Assembly (NCBI GenBank): GCA_963790305.1
Contig: CAWBOC010000005.1
Span: forward strand, 352,001 to 416,000
Direction: 5' to 3'
Length of the DNA stretch: 64,000 bases
DNA from: an uncultured Gemmatimonadaceae bacterium
GTDB taxonomy: Bacteria > Gemmatimonadota > Gemmatimonadetes > Gemmatimonadales > Gemmatimonadaceae
The stretch's first letter is position 1, and the number at the start of each line of letters is the position of its first letter. A program made the position numbers and the translations under genes. Shown here piece by piece: positions 11,472-21,091 of the stretch. The notes under the pieces were generated by a model. That model did not search any database and was not told the DNA's origin. It saw nothing but the letters and a program-made list of their open reading frames with translations.

Positions 11472-11996
11472 TCAGCGCGAAAGCGTCGCGAAGTGCGCCT
11501 CCGCATGGACGAAGTGCGCACTGGCCTGCTCGGCGAGAACCGCGGCGGGCCACATGGGCATCCCCGTCGAGGATGCCGCGACGAATGGATAATCGACGAT
11601 CGGCGGTGGAAGCGCGGGGCTGCTCGCGATCACCGGCTCGAGCACGAGATCGCGGCGCATCTCCGTCCAGTGTAGCATCGACGCCGCCGCGAACCCGAGC
11701 GCCACGACGCCGGCGGCAGCAACGAACGCGCCCATGCCCGGCGCCCGAAAAAGCTCCGCCCGTTGGTCAGGTTGACCCAGCGCACGCAAACGCGCGTGCA
11801 GACGCGTCGCGAAATCCGACGAAGGCTCCACCGGCGCGAGGTTGCGGAAGACGAGCAGCCCGCGACGAAGCGCCGTGTCGTGCCGCATGCACTCGTCACA
11901 TTCGCTGAGATGGCCCTGCATCGCGACCATGTCCGCTTCGGACATGGTGCCATCGACGAACGGAAGGTGTCGTTTGCGGAATTCGCTGCAGTGCAT
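11472..11996 (-). CDS. Zinc-finger (zf-HC2) anti-sigma factor
   Basis: HLSECDEC (HxxxCxxC), one TM helix, directly after the ECF sigma gene. Confidence 0.85.
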   Translation of the reverse strand: MHCSEFRKRHLPFVDGTMSEADMVAMQGHLSECDECMRHDTALRRGLLVFRNLAPVEPSSDFATRLHARLRALGQPDQRAELFRAPGMGAFVAAAGVVALGFAAASMLHWTEMRRDLVLEPVIASSPALPPPIVDYPFVAASSTGMPMWPAAVLAEQASAHFVHAEAHFATLSR

Positions 11997-12070
11997 GGCG
12001 TAGGGTTGGAGTCGACTGGCTCGGGGCTGCTGGGAGTACCCGACGGGCGCAGGCGAGTTCCTAACCTACT

Positions 12071-12154
12071 GCTGCGAACTGCGAACTGCGAGCTAACCCC
12101 CCCGGGAGGCTATGTCGTGGCCTCTCCAGGGGGGCTTAGTTCGCAGTTCGCAGC
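12071..12154. repeat. CTGCGAA-heptamer palindrome between sigma and anti-sigma genes
   Basis: GCTGCGAACTGCGAACTGCGAGCTAACCCCCC ... GGGGGGCTTAGTTCGCAGTTCGCAGC. Confidence 0.85.
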
Positions 12155-12156
12155 TC

Positions 12157-12795
12157 TTATTCTAGTCCCGGCTCTATGATCGCCGCGAACGAATTCCTTG
12201 CTCGGTTCAACCGGCTCTTGACCGTTCCCAGGTTACAGCCGGTGATCTCGGCGATTTCCTCGTACGACTTCCCTTCCAGCTCGCGCAGCACGAAGACCTG
12301 GCGGTGATGCTCGGGAAGCTGAGCGACCGACGTTTCCACCAGCTCGCGCAGGTGGCGCTTGCGGTACAGATCATCCGGCCGCGCCGTCGAGTCCTCGAAC
12401 TGCAGCGGACGGTCATCCTCCTGCCACGGTCGCCGAATCGCCTGGAAGAGCACCAGCGGATTCCGCGAGCGGTTCCGCAGCTCATTCTTCGCCAGGTTGG
12501 AGGCGATCGTGTAGATCCAGGTCGAAAACTTCTTCGACTGGTCGAATCGGTGCAGGTGCCGGTACACTCGGATGAAAACCTCCTGCACGAGGTCCTCCGC
12601 TCGTTCCCGGTCGCCGATGGTGCGGAACACGAAGTTCAGGAGCCGAGTCTGGTATCGTTCGACGAGCTCCTGAAACGCTCGCTCCTCTCCACCCAGAAAG
12701 GCCCCGACCACCCCCGCATCATCCATGGAATGCAGCCGTTCTCGAACGGTTGCACTCTGCGCCGGCACGGTGTGCTTCAGCGCGACTTCAGCCAT
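12157..12795 (-). CDS. ECF sigma factor (RpoE/SigW-like)
   Basis: AEDLVQEVF, FSTWIYTIASN, SYEEIAEI, GTVKSRLNRAR; start taken at MAEV. Confidence 0.92.
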   Translation of the reverse strand: MAEVALKHTVPAQSATVRERLHSMDDAGVVGAFLGGEERAFQELVERYQTRLLNFVFRTIGDRERAEDLVQEVFIRVYRHLHRFDQSKKFSTWIYTIASNLAKNELRNRSRNPLVLFQAIRRPWQEDDRPLQFEDSTARPDDLYRKRHLRELVETSVAQLPEHHRQVFVLRELEGKSYEEIAEITGCNLGTVKSRLNRARNSFAAIIEPGLE

Positions 12796-12883
12796 TGGTC
12801 CGTCCCTCGACAGCGAAAGGGTGACTCGTTCGACGAGAAAGTTCAGGTGATTCACGCTCCTCTTGTCGGACGCCACAATGAAA

Positions 12884-12951
12884 AGCAGGGGACATGCCGA
12901 ATCGTGCGTCGTGTCGCTGGATCGCGTAATTCCTTTCTGATCAACAACTTC
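12884..12951 (-). promoter_or_regulatory. Candidate sigma54 promoter with an IHF-like site
   Basis: CGGCATGTCCCCTGCT (GG-N10-GC) at 12899-12884; GATCAACAACTTC at 12939-12951 resembles WATCAANNNNTTR. Confidence 0.55.
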
Positions 12952-13072
12952 TGACCAGCGATCGTTCCAGGGAACATGGCGAACAAATGCCGAACTGTCC
13001 ACTTCCCGTGACATCGACCGCGACAGTTTTCCCTTTGGACATCCGCTGACCGCCGAGCGTCGCCTTGGAAGG

Positions 13073-13624
13073 TCAGACCCCAGCGCGAAATCCGGCTGCG
13101 TAGAGGATACCGAGCGCTGTCTTGGCGTCCTGAATCACCCCGTCCCTAATCATCTCCAACGCCTGCGACAGGGGCACCGTCTCCAATGTCAGAAATTCGT
13201 CCGATTCGCGCCCGGTCTCCCCATGTGCCAGCCCGGTCGCCATGAAAAGGTGGATTCGCTCGTCGGTGAAACCGGGCGTCGTGTACATGGTGTACAGGAG
13301 CTCCACGCGCTCCGCGGAACAGCCCGTCTCTTCTCGCAGCTCCCGCCTGGCACATGTCTCCGGCGTCTCGCCGGGATCGAGGCGGCCGGCAGGGAGCTCG
13401 TACAAAAAGCCGTTTGCGGCGTACCGATACTGTTTAATGAGCAGGAGTTGCGGATCTTCTCCCGCCGGGTCGCTGAGGAAGGGGACGACCGCGCTCGCTC
13501 CCGAGTGCCTGATCATCTCGAGCTCACCGACCGAGCCGTCGGGAAACCTCACCCGATCAATGTCGAGGTTCAGGACCTTCCCGGTGTAGATCCGTCGGCT
13601 TTCCAGCGCACCTGGGGTAATCAC
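13073..13624 (-). CDS. NUDIX hydrolase (ADP-ribose pyrophosphatase-like)
   Basis: Nudix box GRLDPGETPETCARRELREETG; TPGFTDE. Confidence 0.9.
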   Translation of the reverse strand: MITPGALESRRIYTGKVLNLDIDRVRFPDGSVGELEMIRHSGASAVVPFLSDPAGEDPQLLLIKQYRYAANGFLYELPAGRLDPGETPETCARRELREETGCSAERVELLYTMYTTPGFTDERIHLFMATGLAHGETGRESDEFLTLETVPLSQALEMIRDGVIQDAKTALGILYAAGFRAGV

Positions 13625-13654
13625 CCTGCGCTCCGCGTCAAAGTCACAATGGGC

Positions 13655-15049
13655 CTACGGGCGCTGGGTGCCTTCCGTGTCGTATGACTGTAGAGGCCCC
13701 AGATCCATCGCCTCCAGAGGCTCCCTGACTACGGCAGGGTCGCCCACCGCGACGAACTGCAGCTCCTCGGGGCGGAGAAACTCGCGCGCTGCACGCAGGA
13801 CGTCGGGCGCGGACACCGCACGGACGCGGTCCCGATACGTGTCGAAGTAGTCGGTTGGAAGACCGTAGACGACCATCGCCGCGAGCGCACGGGCAATGGC
13901 CGCCGTCGTTTCGTACCGAATCGGAAAGACCCCCTCCAAATAGCTCGTCGCCAAAGAGAGCTCCTCGACGCTCACCTTCTCGGCGCGCATACGGTCGATC
14001 TCCGTGAGCACCTCTCCCGCAGCCGCGGCGGTGACATCGCTGCGCACGGCAGTGGCCACGGCGAAGGGCCCGGCCTGCCGGCGCCAATCGAAGAACGACG
14101 AGGCGCCGTAGGTGTACCCGTGCGCCTCGCGCAGGTTGAGATTGATGCGCGAGGAAAAGAGTCCGCCGAGCAGCATGTTCATCACCAACGCTGCGAAGTA
14201 GTCGGGATGCACGCGTGGAATCCCGACGTGCCCGATGCGGAGCTCCGACTGCGGCGCGTCAGCCTTCTCGACCAGATGTACCGCCCGCGTGCGCCGCGCG
14301 GGCCGGTCGTCTGCATCCATGACAGCAGCGCGCTGCGCTGGCCAGGCATCGAAGCGCGACCGCATGACCCGTAAGGCATCGTCGATCCCAATGTCGCCGA
14401 CGATGATCGCGGTCGTGCTCCCCGGCCGGTATCGCGCGGCGTGGAACGCCGCGACGGCCTTGCGATCGATCGCCGAGACCGACGCCACAGACCCGCCTTC
14501 AGGCAGTGCATACCGGGAGTCGCCGGCGTAGACAAACCGGGCGAACATGTCATCGGCGAGCCCACGCGGCTCCGCGCGACGCTGAAGGATCTCCGCCAGC
14601 CGCTCCGCCTTGAGTCGCTCGAGCTCCCGCTCGGGGAACGCGGGCTCGAGCACCACCTCGGCGACCAGCGCCATCGCTTCGGACAACCGGCTCGTGAGAA
14701 CGGTCATCGTGAGTGCGCCGCTGTCCCACTCCGCGTCGGCGTCGAGCGAAGCACCGAGACGCTCGAGACTCTCGGTCAGCACGTCGCCCGTGCGGGATCT
14801 GGTGCCTTCGAGAAGCGCCCTCGCAGTGAGTCGCGCAGCTCCCTCCTGTCCCATCGGCTCGGTCACCGCGCCGGCGTCGGCGACGAGCGATACCGTCACG
14901 ACCGGCAGCTTCCGCACCGGCACGACGATCACTGACAGGCCGTTGTCGAGCGACGCTTGCTCGAAATGTGGGAAGTGGTACGGGCGTGCTGGGCCCGGGG
15001 CAGGGCGTTGCGCCGATCCCCGAGGCGCGGATGTCGTGGAGCTTGTCAG
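13655..15049 (-). CDS. M16B peptidase, non-catalytic subunit (probable CUG start)
   Basis: M16 fold, no HxxEH, SRINLNLREAHGYTY; LDNGL motif lies upstream of the first GTG. Confidence 0.85.
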   Translation of the reverse strand: MTSSTTSAPRGSAQRPAPGPARPYHFPHFEQASLDNGLSVIVVPVRKLPVVTVSLVADAGAVTEPMGQEGAARLTARALLEGTRSRTGDVLTESLERLGASLDADAEWDSGALTMTVLTSRLSEAMALVAEVVLEPAFPERELERLKAERLAEILQRRAEPRGLADDMFARFVYAGDSRYALPEGGSVASVSAIDRKAVAAFHAARYRPGSTTAIIVGDIGIDDALRVMRSRFDAWPAQRAAVMDADDRPARRTRAVHLVEKADAPQSELRIGHVGIPRVHPDYFAALVMNMLLGGLFSSRINLNLREAHGYTYGASSFFDWRRQAGPFAVATAVRSDVTAAAAGEVLTEIDRMRAEKVSVEELSLATSYLEGVFPIRYETTAAIARALAAMVVYGLPTDYFDTYRDRVRAVSAPDVLRAAREFLRPEELQFVAVGDPAVVREPLEAMDLGPLQSYDTEGTQRP

Positions 15050-16362
15050 GACACTACCTCCGCCTCGGTACGCTCCTCGGGTGCAACCGCGCGCGAGCCA
15101 TTCGCTGGCACATAAAGCAGGGACGCGCGATTGTCTTCGCCGAGGCGTGCTCGTGCGAACTCCGTCACCTGCTCCGCGGTAACGGCCCGATAGCGATCGA
15201 CCTGGTCGTTGACGAGCGATGGATCGCCGAAATACGTCGCGAACATCGACAGTTTGTCCCCGCGCTCACCTGCCGATTGCATGGATGTCACGAATGCGGT
15301 CTCGACGAGCGCGACGGCGCGCTCCACCTCGTCACGTGATACTCCGTTCGAGCGCATCTCGTTGACGAGGTCTGCAGCCGCGCCCTCGAGAGCGTTTTCG
15401 GACACCTCCGGACGCCCAGTCACGTCGAGCACCAGCAGATCGGCACCCTTGGAGAGATCGAACGTGAAGGCGGTCGCCTCGCTCGCGACCTCGCGCTCGC
15501 GCACGAGAATGCGCTGCAGGCGACTGCTCTTGCCAACCCCGAGGATGGCCGAGGCGACGCTGGCCGCGTAGTACTCCTCACTTCCGAATACCGGCGAGCG
15601 AAACGCGAGGAAGAGGCGCGGCACCATCACCTCGTCAGGCACCGTCGCTCTCAACCATCGTCCGAAGCGCTCCGGCAATCCCATCTCGGCCAGCGGTGGC
15701 TTGCGACCGCCACGTGGGATCGGACCGAAGTAGCGCCTGACGAGCTCGCGCGCCTCCGACGGATCGAAGTCGCCGGCGATCGAGAGGACGGCGTTGTCAG
15801 GGGTGTAGTACGTGGCGAAAAAATGCTCGACATCCTCGAGGCTCGCCGCCGTCAGATCCTCCATCGAACCGATGAGCGAGTGGTGGAACGGATGCTCGGG
15901 CGGATACGCCAGCGCCGGGAGTCGCTCCCACCAGGTGCCGTAGGGCTGGTTGTCGACCGACCAGCGTCGCTCGTTCTTCACGACGTCGCGCTGGGTGTCG
16001 AGCTTTTGCTGGGTCATCGCTGGAAGGAGCGCTCCCATACGATCGGCCTCGAGCCACAGCGCCAACGCGAGCTGGTTTGACGGCAGCGTCTCGAAGTAGT
16101 TCGTGCGGTCCAGCCACGTCGACCCGTTCAACGTTCCACCCGCGCGCTGCACGAGCTCGAAGTGCTCGTTCGCGGCCACGTTTGCCGAGCCCTGAAAGAG
16201 CATGTGCTCGAACAGGTGGGCGAAGCCGGTGCGGCCGCTCCGCTCGTTGGCGGACCCCACGTGATACCAGAGGTTCACGGCGACGATGGGCGCCGTATGA
16301 TCCTCGGACAGGGTGACGAACAAGCCGTTGTCGAGTCGAAATGTCTCGATCGGAATACGCAT
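15046..16362 (-). CDS. M16B peptidase, catalytic subunit (cytoplasmic)
   Basis: GFAHLFEH inverted zinc motif, LEADRM, VVKNERR; no signal peptide. Confidence 0.92.
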   Translation of the reverse strand: MRIPIETFRLDNGLFVTLSEDHTAPIVAVNLWYHVGSANERSGRTGFAHLFEHMLFQGSANVAANEHFELVQRAGGTLNGSTWLDRTNYFETLPSNQLALALWLEADRMGALLPAMTQQKLDTQRDVVKNERRWSVDNQPYGTWWERLPALAYPPEHPFHHSLIGSMEDLTAASLEDVEHFFATYYTPDNAVLSIAGDFDPSEARELVRRYFGPIPRGGRKPPLAEMGLPERFGRWLRATVPDEVMVPRLFLAFRSPVFGSEEYYAASVASAILGVGKSSRLQRILVREREVASEATAFTFDLSKGADLLVLDVTGRPEVSENALEGAAADLVNEMRSNGVSRDEVERAVALVETAFVTSMQSAGERGDKLSMFATYFGDPSLVNDQVDRYRAVTAEQVTEFARARLGEDNRASLLYVPANGSRAVAPEERTEAEVVS

Positions 16363-16440
16363 GATTCTAAGTAATCACCACCAGCGCCGGTTGGAACCCC
16401 GACAGCCTTGCCCTGCCTAGGGAATTGACGACATTTGAAC

Positions 16441-16522
16441 TCGAATGCGGAACGCGGAGTGCGGAATGTGGACGGACACCTCCGTTGTCCCTTGGCTTCC
16501 GCGTTCCGCAATCCGCATTCGA
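16441..16522. repeat. ATGCGGA-heptamer palindrome upstream of the queD-like gene
   Basis: TCGAATGCGGAACGCGGA ... TCCGCGTTCCGCAATCCGCATTCGA. Confidence 0.85.
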
Positions 16523-16528
16523 GGTTCC

Positions 16529-17059
16529 ATGCGCTCCTTCAGGGTCGCCGTCAGCAAGGATTATCTCGTCTTCGCCTCCGCCCACTTCATCACCTTCGCG
16601 GGGCACCGGTGCGAGCCCTTGCACGGCCACAATTACCGCGTGTCGGTATCTCTCGAAGGCGCGCTCAATGAGGAGAGCTGGTACGTCGTCGATTTCTCCG
16701 AGCTCAAGCGCATCATGCGCCAGCTGTGCGACGAGATCGACCACAAGATGCTGCTGCCGCTGCGCAACCCGAAGCTCGACGTGCGAGAGCGCGACGGCGC
16801 GGTCACGGTGGCCTACGAGGGGAAGCAGAAGTACGTCTTCCCGGTCGAGGATTGCGCGCTTCTCGACATCCCCAACACGACAGTGGAGATGCTTGCTCAG
16901 TTCCTCGCGGCACGCCTCCGCACCGCCTTGAACGAGCTCGGCGTTCACAGCCTGACCGCCATCGAGCTCGAGGTCGAGGAGAACTTTGGACAGTCGGCGA
17001 CATACCGCGAGTCTCCTATCCTCGATGACGTAGAGCCTCCGCGGCCCCGGAGGGCCTGA
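16529..17059 (+). CDS. queD: 6-carboxytetrahydropterin / 6-pyruvoyltetrahydropterin synthase family
   Basis: FASAH, CEPLHGHNY, VDFSELK, DH, TTVE. Confidence 0.8.
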   Translation: MRSFRVAVSKDYLVFASAHFITFAGHRCEPLHGHNYRVSVSLEGALNEESWYVVDFSELKRIMRQLCDEIDHKMLLPLRNPKLDVRERDGAVTVAYEGKQKYVFPVEDCALLDIPNTTVEMLAQFLAARLRTALNELGVHSLTAIELEVEENFGQSATYRESPILDDVEPPRPRRA

Positions 17060-17061
17060 CC

Positions 17062-17418
17062 ATGGGAGAACGAGTCTACTCCGAACAGGAAGCATCCCGC
17101 GCGCTCAGCGAGCTCCCGGCGTGGCGCGCCGAGCGTGGAGTCATCAGCCGCACGTTCGACACCGACGGGTGGGCGACAACCCTGATGCTCGTCAATGCGA
17201 TCGGTTTCGTGGCCGAGGCGGCCGACCATCATCCGGATCTCGACGTGTCGTGGCCGAAGGTCACCGTGCGGTTGTCGACTCATAGCGCCGGGGGCATCAC
17301 TGACAAGGACATTGCGCTCGCTCGGGAGATCGAGCGCGTCGCGCTGTGGCGCCCCACGGCGGACAGTCCCCTCCGCGGTGTCAAGCGCCCATTCGTGAAG
17401 CGCGAAACGGGCCGCTGA
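17062..17418 (+). CDS. phhB: Pterin-4a-carbinolamine dehydratase
   Basis: AEAADHHPD, STHSAGGITDKD. Confidence 0.88.
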   Translation: MGERVYSEQEASRALSELPAWRAERGVISRTFDTDGWATTLMLVNAIGFVAEAADHHPDLDVSWPKVTVRLSTHSAGGITDKDIALAREIERVALWRPTADSPLRGVKRPFVKRETGR

Positions 17419-17424
17419 AACAGC

Positions 17425-19530
17425 CTAACGACCCGCCGTCAGGCTGAGCCCGACCGAGATCGTGCGTTCCGGCGCCGGCTCGTAGTAGCGGCCGGCGGCT
17501 GCGTTGATCACGACCGAGCCGACGTAGCGCCGATCGAACAGGTTCTGGATGGCCACGACCGGAACCGCGGTCGTCCCTCCGATGGGAATTCGTCCTCCCA
17601 TCCGCACGTTCGCGATGCCCCAGCCCGCCGCGGCGCTCGTGTTGGCATCATCGACGAGCGCGCGGCTCGACCCTATTCCTTCCGCCGTGAGAAAGATCCT
17701 GCTCCACCGCCACGTCACGCTCGTCTGGAGCTGATGCAACGGAATGCCCGGGATGCGATTGTCGTCGTATCGCTCCGTGACAGCGCCCGTAGTGACCGCG
17801 TAGTCGTCGAACCGGAAATCGGAATAGCTGTACGCCGACGCGAAGGAGGCGGCGCCGGCGGTGAGCTCGAGACCAGCCTCGAGTCCGCGCCGCACTGTCC
17901 GGCCCGCGTTGCGGAAGTAGCGCCGGCCCGCCCCGCCGGGGACCTCGAAGGGAATGAGCTCATCCTTCACCCCGGTGAAGAATCCGGCAATGTCATACCG
18001 CAGTCGCATCGCGAGAATTCCCTTCACGCCAACCTCGAAGGTCGTGGCCGTCTGGGGGTCGAGATCGCGATTGATGCCGCCCGCGCCCTCCGGTCGGTTG
18101 CCCAGCTCTGTCGCAGTCGGAGTTTCGAACGCGGTCGAGATGTTCCCGTACGCTGACGTGAGAGTTCCCACGCGCGCGATGACACCCGCCATCGGACTCC
18201 ACGCGCGAAGCGTGCGCCGCCCCGAGTCGTCCGGGTTCTGCCCCGGCCCCGCCGGAATAACGAAGCGATCCTCAATGTCGAAGATCACATAGTCCGCACG
18301 CAGTCCCGCGTGTACGTGGACACGCTCGCCAACCGTGAACTCGTCACGCACGAATGGGCCAATGCTGGTCACCAGCTCGCGCTGATCGAGCCGCAGGGCC
18401 CCACGCTCGACCGTGTCGGCTCGCGGACATGCGGCCGTCGGCGTCGCCACACCATTGCAGTTCTCGAAATTCTTCCGATCGTCATCGAGCCGCTGAATAT
18501 CCACTCCTGCACTCAGCCGGTGCCGAGCGCCAAACGGCAATGTGGCGGAGGTCATTCGCACCGACCCGCCAACCGTCATGCGATCAATGGCGACGACGGC
18601 GAAGGTCAGCGGATTGTCGAGATCGCGAGTTCCGCCGTAGAGCGACGCTGTCAGCTCGCCTGCTGAAAGGGGTCGGGTGGCGATCAGCGAGAGTTGGTTC
18701 TGACTGACTTCCTTGCGCGCACGCTTCGCGACAGAGAATGCGACCGCCTGGCGGGGGTCTGCTGCCATCTCGGTGGCAGTCAGCGCTCCTGGGTTCTCCG
18801 CTACCGGCATCGAGAAGAGTTGCGCCTGCCACGCGATGTCGGCCCCGGCGAGGGTATGCAGGACGCGCCCGGTGGCGTGCGTGGTCTTCTGGTGCGCATA
18901 TCGACGATACCCATCCTGCTCCGTGCGCGTGACCATCGCCTGATAGCGAAGCGGGGCGAGGGTTCCTCCCAGGCCGGCCGTCCATCGTTGGAGGCCGTCG
19001 CTGCCTCCAAGTGCACGAAGGTCGAGGGTCACCGGCGATGTCGGTGGCGGGCTCGATCGAAAATCGACGACGCCCCCTGCGGCGTTGCCATACAGAGCGG
19101 AGGCGCTGCCCCGGATGACTTCGACCGATCCGACCGACGCGAGGTCGAGATAGTCCGTCGGCGTCTGTCCATCGGGAAGCGTGAGTGGGATTCCGTCCCG
19201 CAGGATGCGAACGCTGCGCACGCCGAACGCCGCCCGCGCGCCAAACCCCCGAACGGCAATGCGGGGATCCTGCGTTGGATTGTTCCGGTTGGCCACCGAC
19301 ACCCCGGGGACGAGCATCAACGTCTCGTCAGCCGCCAGGTTGCGCTGGCCCGGGCGAAGGCTATCGGGCACCACCCGCGTGATCGCGAGCGGCAGCTCCA
19401 GCGGCGAGCGCGCGACGTCCCGCGTCACCGTCACTACGACGGGAGGAAGTGTCGTCGGCGCTGCTTGCTCCTGCGCGGCGGCCGGTGCCGCGAGGAGAAC
19501 GAGGAACGAGGAACGAGAAAGCGCTCTCAC
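17425..19530 (-). CDS. TonB-dependent receptor, YncD/PqqU-like
   Basis: TonB box VVVT; plug RGFGARAAFGVR..DGIPLTLPDGQ; EVIRGSASALYG; C-terminal NLFDRRY..GRYYEPAPER. Confidence 0.88.
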   Translation of the reverse strand: MRALSRSSFLVLLAAPAAAQEQAAPTTLPPVVVTVTRDVARSPLELPLAITRVVPDSLRPGQRNLAADETLMLVPGVSVANRNNPTQDPRIAVRGFGARAAFGVRSVRILRDGIPLTLPDGQTPTDYLDLASVGSVEVIRGSASALYGNAAGGVVDFRSSPPPTSPVTLDLRALGGSDGLQRWTAGLGGTLAPLRYQAMVTRTEQDGYRRYAHQKTTHATGRVLHTLAGADIAWQAQLFSMPVAENPGALTATEMAADPRQAVAFSVAKRARKEVSQNQLSLIATRPLSAGELTASLYGGTRDLDNPLTFAVVAIDRMTVGGSVRMTSATLPFGARHRLSAGVDIQRLDDDRKNFENCNGVATPTAACPRADTVERGALRLDQRELVTSIGPFVRDEFTVGERVHVHAGLRADYVIFDIEDRFVIPAGPGQNPDDSGRRTLRAWSPMAGVIARVGTLTSAYGNISTAFETPTATELGNRPEGAGGINRDLDPQTATTFEVGVKGILAMRLRYDIAGFFTGVKDELIPFEVPGGAGRRYFRNAGRTVRRGLEAGLELTAGAASFASAYSYSDFRFDDYAVTTGAVTERYDDNRIPGIPLHQLQTSVTWRWSRIFLTAEGIGSSRALVDDANTSAAAGWGIANVRMGGRIPIGGTTAVPVVAIQNLFDRRYVGSVVINAAAGRYYEPAPERTISVGLSLTAGR

Positions 19531-19578
19531 GGTTCGGCTGCCCCAGCCTTCACACGACGCTGTTCTCGTTCCTCGTTC
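19495..19578. repeat. GAGGAAC-heptamer palindrome enclosing the receptor start codon
   Basis: GAACGAGGAACGAGGAACGAGAA ... TTCTCGTTCCTCGTTC. Confidence 0.8.
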
Positions 19579-19579
19579 A

Positions 19580-21091
19580 TCAACGCCTAACGGGCTGCCC
19601 CGTGAGGTCACGGATGGTGACCTCTCCGAGGTTGAGCGACCGCAACCCCGCCTCGATCGCCTTGCGGTCACCTACCACCACGACGGCGAACTTCGAAGGA
19701 TCGACATATCGTTCAGCGACACGCTGCACATCGGCGACCGTGACTTCCTCGATCCGCTGGACATACGAGTTGTAGTAGTCGAGCGGCAGTCCGTGTACGA
19801 CGACGGGAATGAGCTGACTCGCGATGTCGCCCGTGGTTTCGAACTCGCCCGGGAGCTGCAGCTGCAGGTAGCGCTTCGCCTTCTCGAGCTCGGTCTCCGG
19901 AACAGCCTCACGAATCGCGCGGAGCTCCTTCATGAACTCGATCAGCGAAGAGTCGCTTTTCGCTCCGACCACTTCGGCCCGGGCGGTGAAGGGGCCCGCC
20001 GAGCGGCGCATGGAGAAGCCCGAGCTCGCCCCATACGTGTAACCGTGCGTTTCACGCAGGTTCGTCATGAGCCGGCTGGTGAATGCGCCCCCGAGGATTG
20101 TGTTCATCACCAGGATGGCGAAGTAGTCCTCGGTCGAGCGCGGCACCCCGATTGATCCAATGCGTACCGACGACTGCGGAGCGCCCGGTTTGTCGATGAG
20201 ATAGATCGCCGTGGCGAGGCCGGCGGGTGGCGCCGCGAACTGCGTCGCCGGCACGGTCCCCCGGGACCAGCCGCCGAACAGCCCGCGTACGCGCCGCTCC
20301 ACATCGTCCGCTGTCACATCGCCGACGACGATCAGCGTTGCGTTGTTCGGCCGATAGTACGTTTGATAGAACCGCTGCACATCGGCGCGGGTGATCGCGC
20401 GCGTTGATGCTTCGGTTCCCGACAGCGGGCGACCGTAGGGATGGCGCTCGCCATACAGAATGGAGGCGTACGCGCGATCGGCGATCTGAGGCGCGCGGTC
20501 CTTGAGCTGGAGCAGCTCGGTCAGTCGCTCTTTCCGGAGGCGCTCGAGGTCGCTCACCGGGAACGTGGGCCGAAGTGCGACATCGGCGAAGAGCGTCATC
20601 GCACTGTCGAGCACTGCGACCGGTGCATGCAGCGACACGATCGACTGGTCCCAGCCGCTTCCAGTTCCAACCTGGACGCCGAGGAAGGCCTCCTGATCGG
20701 CAATGTCGAGGGAGCTGCGCCGTCCGGCTCCCTCATCCAGCATGGATGCCGCGAGCGTCGCGACCCCCGGCTTGCTGGCCGGATCGCCTTCGCCGCCCGT
20801 CTTCACGACGAGAATCATGTCGACCAGCGGAAGCTCGTGATGCTCGACGACCAGAATCTCCAGTCCGTTGTCGAGCTGGCGGCGCGTCACCGGGGGCAGC
20901 GCAAGCTGACCGAGTGTCCCGAGCGCGGGAGGCTTCGTCCGATCGAACGCCGGGGTACGCGGTGTATCGACGGCCACGGCCACTGGCGGCGTGACTGGCG
21001 CGGGAACGGGCTCGGGCGTCGGCGCCTGCGCGCACGCGACCGCGAGCGTTCCGAGGATCGCGGTCGTTAGGCACTTACGGAATCCGGACAT
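19580..21091 (-). CDS. M16B peptidase non-catalytic subunit, lipoprotein
   Basis: Lipobox LAVAC, Pro-rich linker, SRLMTNLRETHGYTY, no HxxEH. Confidence 0.88.
   Translation of the reverse strand: MSGFRKCLTTAILGTLAVACAQAPTPEPVPAPVTPPVAVAVDTPRTPAFDRTKPPALGTLGQLALPPVTRRQLDNGLEILVVEHHELPLVDMILVVKTGGEGDPASKPGVATLAASMLDEGAGRRSSLDIADQEAFLGVQVGTGSGWDQSIVSLHAPVAVLDSAMTLFADVALRPTFPVSDLERLRKERLTELLQLKDRAPQIADRAYASILYGERHPYGRPLSGTEASTRAITRADVQRFYQTYYRPNNATLIVVGDVTADDVERRVRGLFGGWSRGTVPATQFAAPPAGLATAIYLIDKPGAPQSSVRIGSIGVPRSTEDYFAILVMNTILGGAFTSRLMTNLRETHGYTYGASSGFSMRRSAGPFTARAEVVGAKSDSSLIEFMKELRAIREAVPETELEKAKRYLQLQLPGEFETTGDIASQLIPVVVHGLPLDYYNSYVQRIEEVTVADVQRVAERYVDPSKFAVVVVGDRKAIEAGLRSLNLGEVTIRDLTGQPVRR

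Noticed and set aside
12826..12850. GAACTT...GTCA as an autoregulatory ECF promoter
   Set aside because: Spacer about 2 nt too short relative to typical ECF spacing
1333..19578. Heptamer repeats as CRISPR arrays or IS ends
   Set aside because: No repeat-spacer periodicity, no cas or transposase gene, no target duplication seen
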